Source: Longimicrobiales bacterium
GTDB taxonomy: Bacteria; Gemmatimonadota; Gemmatimonadetes; Longimicrobiales; RSA9
Direction: 5' to 3'
Length of the DNA stretch: 64,000 nt
NCBI GenBank assembly: GCA_035461105.1
Contig: DATHVV010000063.1
Location: 46,446-110,445 of the forward strand
Below are positions 57,911-64,000 of this stretch, piece after piece (the stretch's first letter is position 1; each line of letters opens with the position of its first letter). A program made the position numbers and the translations under genes. The notes below the pieces were generated by a model. It had not been told where the DNA came from, did not search any database, and was given only the letters and a program-made list of their open reading frames with translations.

Positions 57911-60900
57911 TTCCCCTCCAGGTGCAGCGCGACCGCATCGGCCACCCGGCGGCCGGTGGCGATCGCCTGCGTGACCGTGCCGTGGCCGAACGCGGCGTCG
58001 CCGCAGGCGAACACGCCCGCGGCCGGAGTCGCGCCCGTGAAGCGCACCCCGATGCGGCCGTCGTGCGGCACATCGGTGCTCTCCAGCGGACGCAGGTCCG
58101 GCGACTCGCCGATGGCCAGCATCACGGTATCCACTTCGATAGTGAACTCGCTGCCCGCGACCGGGACCGGCGTGCGCCGGCCGCTCGCGTCCGGGGCTCC
58201 GGGCTCGGTGCGCTGCAGCACGAGGCCGCTCACGTGGCTGTCGTGCGTGAGCACGCGCACCGGCACGGTGAACGGCTCGATGACCACGCCCTCGGTGCGG
58301 GCGTCGTCCAGCTCCTCGACGATCGCGGGCATCTCCGACGCGGCCCGGCGGTAGTAGACGGTCACGTCCGCGCCCGCCCGGCGCGCGGCACGCGCGCAGT
58401 CCATGGCGGTGTTGCCGCCGCCGATCACCGCGACGCGACGTCCGAGCGCGACCGCATCGCCGTGGTTGTAGTGCTGCAGGTACTCGAGCCCGCTGCCGAT
58501 GCCGGTAACACCGGCGTCCGCGCCCTCGATGCGCACGCCCTGCCCGCGCCAGGCACCGAACGCGAGCACGACCGCATCGTGGTCGGCGCGCAGCTGTGCG
58601 AGCGTCGTGTCCCGGCCCAGGCGCGTGCCGCAGCGCAGCTCGACGCCGGCACCGGTGAGGCGCGCGATCTCGGCGTCGAGGGTCGCGCGCGGCAGCCGGA
58701 ACTCGGGGATCCCGTGACGGAGCATGCCGCCCGGCCCGTCGTGCTCGTCGTAGAGCGTCACGGCGAAGCCGTGCCGGCGGAGGTACCAGGCCGCGGCCAG
58801 CCCGGCGGGCCCGGAGCCGACGATACCGACGCTCGCGCTCCGCGTCTCGCGCGGCGCAAACCCGGCGGCATCGAGGTTGTAGATCGCCCAGTCGCCGAGG
58901 AAGCGCTCGACGAGACGAATCGAGATGCGGTCGGGCGTCTCGGGCGAGCGGAAGTCCCGCACCAGCTGCGGGTAGCGCGCGGCGAAGTCGGCGTGCTGGT
59001 CGCGGCCGAGCGCGTTCAGATCGGCCTCGCACGGGTGCGGGCAGATCCGGCCGGCGATCGCGGGGAACGGGTTGGCCCGGAGCACCAGGTCGAACGCCTC
59101 GCGGTACCGCTCCTGTGCGACCAGCTCGAGCATGCGCGGCACGTCGATGCCGGCGTTGCAGTTGGCGCACACCTGCTGGCAGTGCGAGCAGCCGTTGCAG
59201 AGCGACGCGTCGATCCAGGGCCGGCCACGGCTCGACTCGTCCACCTGTATCGCGGGGCAGCCGAGTCGCAGGCAGGCCTGGCACTCGGTGCATTTCGCCA
59301 CGTCCACGTGCACGGCCGGACCGAACGTGACCTTCTCGGCGAGCACGCAGGGGGCGCGCGCGACGATCACGCTGGGATGATCCGCGCGCATCGCGTCGTC
59401 GATCGTGCGGGCCGCGCCGGCCAGGTCGTAGGCATCGATCTCACGCACGTCCGCGACGCCGACCGCGCGCGCGATCGCGGCGATGTCGAGGCGCGGCGCT
59501 TCGCGGCCGTTCAGGTCACGACCACTGCCCGGGTGGCCCTGGTGCCCGGTCATCGCGGTGGTGCGATTGTCGAGCACCACTACCGTCGAGTTGCCGTGGT
59601 TGTAGACCACGTCGAGCAGGCCGGTGATGCCGGAATGGAAGAACGTCGAGTCGCCGATCACCGCGACCACGCGCTGCGCCTCCTCGGCCGGCATGACCTT
59701 CTTCATGCCGTGCGCCATGCCGATCGACGCGCCCATGTTCATGCACGCGTCCATGGCGTCGAGCGGGGCGGTCGCACCCAGGGTATAGCAGCCGATGTCA
59801 CCGGAGACGATCGCGCCCAGCTCGTTGAACGCGTAGAACGCGGCCCGGTGCGAGCAGCCCGGACAGAGGGCCGGCGGCCGCACGGGCAGCGGCGGCAACG
59901 GCGCGCGCCCGGCGGGCGGACGTCGCTCACCGAGCAGCTCGGCGCGGATCAGCGGCACGGACAACTCCCCGGTGCGCGGCAGGCCGTGGGTCTCGACGCG
60001 CACGCCGAGCGCGCGCACCTGCTCCTCCAGCCAGGGCTCCAGCTCCTCGATCACCATGAGCCGCCCGTGCCGCTCCGCGAACGCGAGGATCGCGGCACGC
60101 GGCAGCGGATAGGTCATGCCCAGCTTGAGCACGGGCGCGTCCGGGAACGCCTCGCGCACGTAGAGGAAGGGCACGCCGGCCGTGATGAAGGCGACGTCGC
60201 CGCTGCCCTCGAAGCATTCGACCCAGCGCTCCGCCTCATGCTCCAGCTGCGGGATGCGGCGCGTCTCGATCAGGTCGTGACGCATCCGGCCGTGCGCCGG
60301 CAGCACCACGTTCTTGCGCGCGTCCTTGCGGTACGGCCGGCGCGTGCCGGCCTGCCGCTCCCGGCGCGCGACTTCCGCCCTGCCGTGCGACAGCTGCGTC
60401 GTGGTGCGCAGCAGCACGGGCGTGTCGCAGCGCTCCGACAGCTCGAAGGCCGCCGCCGTGTAGCGCCGTGCCTCCTCGGGCGTGGCCGGCTCGAGCAGCG
60501 GGATGCGCGCGGCGCGGGCGTAGAGCCGGTTGTCCTGCTCGTTCTGCGAGGAGTGCATGCCGGGATCGTCGGCGGACACCAGCACGAGCCCGCCATTCAC
60601 GCCCATGTATGCGACCGAGAACAGCGGGTCCGCGGCGACGTTCACGCCGACGTGCTTCATGGTGGCGAGCGCGCGGCCGCCCGCGAGCGAAGCGCCGACC
60701 GCCACCTCGAGCGCCACCTTCTCGTTCGGCGACCACTCGCAGTCCACGTCGCCCAGGCGGCTGAGCGCCTCCAGGATCTCGGTGCTCGGCGTGCCCGGAT
60801 AGCCGGCGCCCACGGCCGCGCCCGCCTCCCACGCGCCCCGAGCGATCGCCTCGTTGCCGGAAAGCAGAAGCGGTCGCAGCGCTTCGTCGCGCTTCGACCG

Positions 60901-60930
60901 CTCCCGGTTACGACCCGTCGTCGTGCTCAT
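57907..60930 (-). CDS. iorA: indolepyruvate:ferredoxin oxidoreductase alpha subunit fused to a GltD/NfnB-like [4Fe-4S]-FAD-NAD(P)H oxidoreductase module
   Basis: N-terminal ~600 aa: LLSGNEAIARGAWEAG, GYPGTPS, TPP site GDSTFFHSG, ferredoxin-type CxxCxxC...CxxCxxC. C-terminal ~400 aa: NPFPAIAGRICPHPCE, VGIVGSGPAGLAAA, VAVIGGGNTAMD, ACGDA. Confidence 0.85.
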   Translation of the reverse strand: MSTTTGRNRERSKRDEALRPLLLSGNEAIARGAWEAGAAVGAGYPGTPSTEILEALSRLGDVDCEWSPNEKVALEVAVGASLAGGRALATMKHVGVNVAADPLFSVAYMGVNGGLVLVSADDPGMHSSQNEQDNRLYARAARIPLLEPATPEEARRYTAAAFELSERCDTPVLLRTTTQLSHGRAEVARRERQAGTRRPYRKDARKNVVLPAHGRMRHDLIETRRIPQLEHEAERWVECFEGSGDVAFITAGVPFLYVREAFPDAPVLKLGMTYPLPRAAILAFAERHGRLMVIEELEPWLEEQVRALGVRVETHGLPRTGELSVPLIRAELLGERRPPAGRAPLPPLPVRPPALCPGCSHRAAFYAFNELGAIVSGDIGCYTLGATAPLDAMDACMNMGASIGMAHGMKKVMPAEEAQRVVAVIGDSTFFHSGITGLLDVVYNHGNSTVVVLDNRTTAMTGHQGHPGSGRDLNGREAPRLDIAAIARAVGVADVREIDAYDLAGAARTIDDAMRADHPSVIVARAPCVLAEKVTFGPAVHVDVAKCTECQACLRLGCPAIQVDESSRGRPWIDASLCNGCSHCQQVCANCNAGIDVPRMLELVAQERYREAFDLVLRANPFPAIAGRICPHPCEADLNALGRDQHADFAARYPQLVRDFRSPETPDRISIRLVERFLGDWAIYNLDAAGFAPRETRSASVGIVGSGPAGLAAAWYLRRHGFAVTLYDEHDGPGGMLRHGIPEFRLPRATLDAEIARLTGAGVELRCGTRLGRDTTLAQLRADHDAVVLAFGAWRGQGVRIEGADAGVTGIGSGLEYLQHYNHGDAVALGRRVAVIGGGNTAMDCARAARRAGADVTVYYRRAASEMPAIVEELDDARTEGVVIEPFTVPVRVLTHDSHVSGLVLQRTEPGAPDASGRRTPVPVAGSEFTIEVDTVMLAIGESPDLRPLESTDVPHDGRIGVRFTGATPAAGVFACGDAAFGHGTVTQAIATGRRVADAVALHLEGK

Positions 60931-61050
60931 CTATACCTTCACGGCTCTCCGGGGTCCCCCAACCGGCAGACCTCGGACGCTGCTTCGCCGGCCAGTACCG
61001 AACACTAGGCCGAGGGGCGGATTGATGCTGTCGGCGGGAGGTTTATTTGG

Positions 61051-61069
61051 TGTAGGGCCCTGCCCTACA
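61051..61069. other. small perfect hairpin TGTAGGGC-CCT-GCCCTACA
   Basis: Read directly. It lies between the large inverted repeat and the ior promoter region. Confidence 0.5.
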
Positions 61070-61080
61070 GGACGGATTTA

Positions 61081-61264
61081 CGGCGGGCGGGGGCGGGGGT
61101 GGGCGTGGGGGTGGGGGCACTTCGGGGGCGCTGCGGGTGGGGGGCGCCGTGCCATGACGTGCTCGGTGCGCGCGGGCCTCGCGACGAGCCCCGACGGCAG
61201 GGCGAGGGACCCCTCGCCCGCCGTGTTCCCGCCGTTCCTCCACCCCCACGCCCACACCCGCCGT
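61081..61264. repeat. long-range G-rich/C-rich inverted repeat (left arm 61081..61114, right arm 61240..61263; perfect 16-mer GTGGGCGTGGGGGTGG / CCACCCCCACGCCCAC) enclosing an inner GGGCGAGGG/CCCTCGCCC hairpin at 61200..61219
   Basis: Arms base-checked by hand. The spacer between the 16-mers is ~125 nt. The element lies directly downstream of the S9 peptidase stop. Confidence 0.75.
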
Positions 61265-61268
61265 TGAT

Positions 61269-63326
61269 TCACTCGGTAGCGTCCGTGTCCCGCAGATACG
61301 CATGCAGCCAGTCCAGCATGGTGTCCCACCACACGAATGCGTTCTGGGGCTTGAGCACCCAGTGGCCTTCGTCGGGGAAGTAGAGCAGCCGCGCGGGCAC
61401 GTCGCGGCGGCGGAGCGCGGTGAACGTGGCGATGCCCTGCTCGAGCGGGACGCGGTAGTCGAGGCCGCCGTGGATGATGAGCGTGGGCGTGTTCATGTTG
61501 GCGACGTGGTTGGCCGGGTTCCAGCGATCGAAGCCTTCGGGGTTCTCCCACGGCGTGCCGCCGAATTCCCATTCCGGGAACCACAGCTCCTCGGTCGCGA
61601 AGTACATGCTGCGCGTGTCGAAGAGGCCATCGTGGTTGATGAGCGCACGGAAGCGATCGGTTTGGCCGTTGATCCAGTTGATCATGTAGCCGCCGTAGGA
61701 CGCGCCGGCAGCGGCGAGGCGGTTCTTGTCGAGGAACTCGTAGGTGGCGAGCGCGTGATCGAGGCCGTTCATCAGGTCGGTGTAGACCCGGCCGCCCCAG
61801 TCCTGCGAGATCTCGTCGGTGAACTTCTGGCCGTAGCCGGTGCTGCCGCGCGGGTTGGTCGCGACCACGACGTAACCGGGCGCCGCGAACTGGTTCGGGT
61901 TCCAGCGGTAGCTCCAGGAATCCGTCCACGCGCCCTGCGGCCCGCCGTGGATCAGGTACACCACGGGGTATTTCCGGGACGAATCGAAGTTCGGCGGCCT
62001 GACCATGAAGCCCTGCACGCGCGCGCCCTCCGCGCCCTCGAACCAGAACGGCTCGACCGGCTGGAGCGCGAGCTGCTCCAGCAGCGCGCCGTTCTGGTTC
62101 GTCAGGCGACGCCGCTCGCGGCCGTTCGCGTCGAGCGCGTACAGGTCGACGGGCCGGTCCACGCCCTGGCGCGCGACCACCAGCGTGCGCCCGTCGCGCG
62201 CGACCGCAAGCGCACTGAAGTAGCCTTGCTTCGTGACCTGCACCGGCGGCTTGCCGTCGAGCGCGACGCGGTAGATCGAGTGGTTCAGCTCGTCCTGCGC
62301 GAGGAACCAGATCGTGCGCGAGTCGGCCGACCAGGTGAAGAAATCGACGGACCGGTCGAGCGCTGCGGTGATGCTGCGCGCCTGCTCAGTGGCGCGGTCG
62401 TAGATCATGAGCTGGGTGCGGTCGGCCTCGAACCCCGGTCGCTCCATGGCGAGGTAGGCTATGAATCGGCCGTCGGGCGAGTACTGCGGGGCGACGTCGT
62501 TCGCCGCGCTGGTGGTGAGGCGCACGGGCTCGCCGCCTGCCGAGGGCACCAGCCAGATGTCGTTGCCGGTGCCGACCATGTTCGGCACGTCCGGGTTGCG
62601 CACGAACGCGACCTCGGCGCCGTCCGGGCTGACGTCGTAGTCCTGGAAGCCGCCGAGCGCGATCGGCGGCGAGTCGAAGGGGCCGGGCGTGAGGTCGCGC
62701 GTCTCGCCGCTGGCAATGTCGATGACGAAGACGTGGTCGCGTTCGGCGTCTTCCCAGGCGTCCCAGTGCCGATACATCAGCTCGTCATAGATCTTCGCCT
62801 CGGAGCTGCGCGCAGCGAGCTGCTGGAGGCGCTCCGCCTGCGGATCGCCCGCGGGCACGACCGAGCTGACGAACACGATGCGGCTGCCGTCGCGCGACCA
62901 GACCGGTCCGCGCACGCCCCCCGTCACATTGGTGAGCTGCCGAGGCGCGCCGCCGGCGGCCGGCATCAGGTAGAGCTGGCTGGTCCGGTCGCGGGTGGAG
63001 ACGAAGGCGATCTGCGACCCGTCAGGCGACCAGGCAGGCGCGGAGTTGTTGCCCGTCTCCGACGTGATGAAGCGCTCGGGCGTGCCGCCGGTCGTCGGCA
63101 CCGCCCAGATCTCGGTCCTGGAGCGGAAGCTCTCGAGGTCGTAGCTGGTGACCGGATAGAGGACGCGCCGGCCGTCCGGGCTCAGCGCCGGCGCGCCGAC
63201 GCGCGCCAGGGACCACAGATCGCGCGGCGTCATCGCCCGCTGGGCGGCCGCAGGCAGCGCGGAAACGAGGGCGAGCACGAGCGCGGCGACGAGCGTCCGG
63301 GAGAGCGCAAACGAAAGGGTTCTCAT
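61269..63326 (-). CDS. S9-family serine peptidase (prolyl oligopeptidase / acylaminoacyl-peptidase type) with N-terminal beta-propeller
   Basis: ORF trimmed to MRTLSFALSRTLVAALVLALVSALPAAAQ (ATG at 63326). WD40/TolB-like repeats (APAWSPDGSQIAF). Catalytic GASYGGYM, with D and H blocks (HGGLDYRV, PDEGHW). Confidence 0.85.
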   Translation of the reverse strand: MRTLSFALSRTLVAALVLALVSALPAAAQRAMTPRDLWSLARVGAPALSPDGRRVLYPVTSYDLESFRSRTEIWAVPTTGGTPERFITSETGNNSAPAWSPDGSQIAFVSTRDRTSQLYLMPAAGGAPRQLTNVTGGVRGPVWSRDGSRIVFVSSVVPAGDPQAERLQQLAARSSEAKIYDELMYRHWDAWEDAERDHVFVIDIASGETRDLTPGPFDSPPIALGGFQDYDVSPDGAEVAFVRNPDVPNMVGTGNDIWLVPSAGGEPVRLTTSAANDVAPQYSPDGRFIAYLAMERPGFEADRTQLMIYDRATEQARSITAALDRSVDFFTWSADSRTIWFLAQDELNHSIYRVALDGKPPVQVTKQGYFSALAVARDGRTLVVARQGVDRPVDLYALDANGRERRRLTNQNGALLEQLALQPVEPFWFEGAEGARVQGFMVRPPNFDSSRKYPVVYLIHGGPQGAWTDSWSYRWNPNQFAAPGYVVVATNPRGSTGYGQKFTDEISQDWGGRVYTDLMNGLDHALATYEFLDKNRLAAAGASYGGYMINWINGQTDRFRALINHDGLFDTRSMYFATEELWFPEWEFGGTPWENPEGFDRWNPANHVANMNTPTLIIHGGLDYRVPLEQGIATFTALRRRDVPARLLYFPDEGHWVLKPQNAFVWWDTMLDWLHAYLRDTDATE

Positions 63327-63568
63327 GGGAACCTTGGCGGCTGCAGGGCACGGAAGGACGGCGCCGCTTCGATCACCGGCACCGCCATCGAACTGGGCAA
63401 TGTAGGGAGCACCAAAGTGGGTCGCGAGCCGGGCCGGCGAGCCGCCCTGGGGACCATGCAGAGCCGTCGCTGAGCGCCCCTGCCAACCGGGGGGCCGGAC
63501 GAGGGGTCCCATCGGGCGCGGACCTTGCGACCGGGGCAGGCTGCGCAAACCGACAAATTGGAGAACGC

Positions 63569-64000
63569 ATGGAGCGGCTCGAAGGGCAGTCCGTGGGTGT
63601 GGTCGGCCTGGCGCGGGTGGGCGTCGCGCTGCGGCTCGCGGCGCACGGCCACACGGTCGTCGGCTACGACCCGGTGCCGGCCTCGGCGGAGGCGCTCATC
63701 GCCGCGGGCGGCAGGCACGTCGATTCACTCGCGCGACTGATCGCCGCGCTGCCGGCGCCACGTCTGGTCTGGGCGCAGCTGCCCGCGAGCGCGGTGGACG
63801 ACCTGCTCGCCACGCTGCAGCACCTGCTCGAGGAAGGCGACGTCCTGATCGATGCCAGCGAATCCTATTACGGGGATACGCTGCGCCGAGCGGAGCCGTT
63901 TGCGGAATCGGGCGTGCACCTCGTCGATGTCGGCCTGAGCGGTGGCTCGTGGAGCCGCACGCAGGGGTACGCGCTGCTCGTGGGCGGCAGCGGGGAGGCG
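63569..64000 (+). CDS. gnd: 6-phosphogluconate dehydrogenase (decarboxylating), YqeC/short type; 3' end lies outside the window
   Basis: My own translation from ATG at 63569 (GGAGA upstream): VGVVGLARVGVALRLAAHGHTVVGYD...LIDASESYYGDTLRRAE...GVHLVDVGLSGGSWSRTQGYALLVGG. This parallels the short Gnd family. Confidence 0.75.
   Translation, partial: MERLEGQSVGVVGLARVGVALRLAAHGHTVVGYDPVPASAEALIAAGGRHVDSLARLIAALPAPRLVWAQLPASAVDDLLATLQHLLEEGDVLIDASESYYGDTLRRAEPFAESGVHLVDVGLSGGSWSRTQGYALLVGGSGEA

Noticed and set aside
57922-61008. 1028-aa plus-strand ORF opposite the iorA fusion, plus many nested ORFs
   Set aside because: The minus-strand frame carries TPP, Fe-S, FAD and NAD(P)H motifs in the correct order. 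The plus-strand frame has none, so it is a shadow ORF.
61022-61050. TTGATG-N16-TATTTG on the plus strand as a promoter for an unannotated plus-strand transcript
   Set aside because: No plus-strand gene or terminator-bounded unit follows; the region runs into the G/C-arm element and then the antisense of the peptidase gene. It may instead be part of the minus-strand ior promoter region. It cannot be resolved without TSS data and is mentioned within the 61051..61264 finding.

Overview
This is a very GC-rich (roughly 70% by eye, not computed), gene-dense chromosomal segment with about 50 protein-coding genes and short spacers. I found no rRNA, tRNA, CRISPR array, transposase, integrase, or recognisable phage or defence module by eye, so it reads as core-genome housekeeping DNA rather than an accessory island.

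The host is a diderm: the window has a TonB-dependent receptor and many lipobox or signal-peptide proteins. The load of secreted peptidases (M14, M28, S15/CocE, S9) suggests a Gemmatimonadota-like soil bacterium, but that is inference only.

Recognisable content:
- Trehalose and starch enzymes: treZ (partial) and a GH13 amylase.
- Fpg/Nei glycosylase.
- speA, corA, arfB, gltA.
- An FMN alpha-hydroxy-acid dehydrogenase next to a MATE pump.
- An NfeD-flotillin pair.
- A five-gene, translationally coupled Mn/Zn-type ABC importer operon ending in a DtxR/MntR regulator. It is divergent from a TonB-dependent receptor.
- ADP-forming acyl-CoA synthetase.
- hemE, dacB, Mn-type SOD, infA, a cold-shock protein, argJ.
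- A DEAD-box helicase and an ABC1/UbiB kinase.
- A VIT-vWA protein with an ECF sigma/anti-sigma pair.
- Dodecin, ptb-buk, an indolepyruvate:ferredoxin oxidoreductase pair, and a partial YqeC-type gnd.

Items most worth a second look:
1. A single 580-aa ORF fuses a GNAT acetyltransferase to a complete HDAC-type deacetylase. It sits directly behind an unusual inverted repeat with 6-nt periodicity.
2. An IorA subunit is fused to a GltD/NfnB-like FAD-NAD(P)H module. This would be a bacterial analogue of the pyruvate:NADP+ oxidoreductase fusion logic. It lies next to ptb-buk.
3. Both permeases of the metal importer carry C-terminal extensions that resemble the DtxR winged-helix domain.
4. A dispersed family of intergenic G3N3-periodic G-rich/C-rich arm elements (core GAGGGCGA) sits at gene ends.

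All calls come from reading the sequence and the ORF track by eye. No searches or computations were run, and start codons in particular are provisional.
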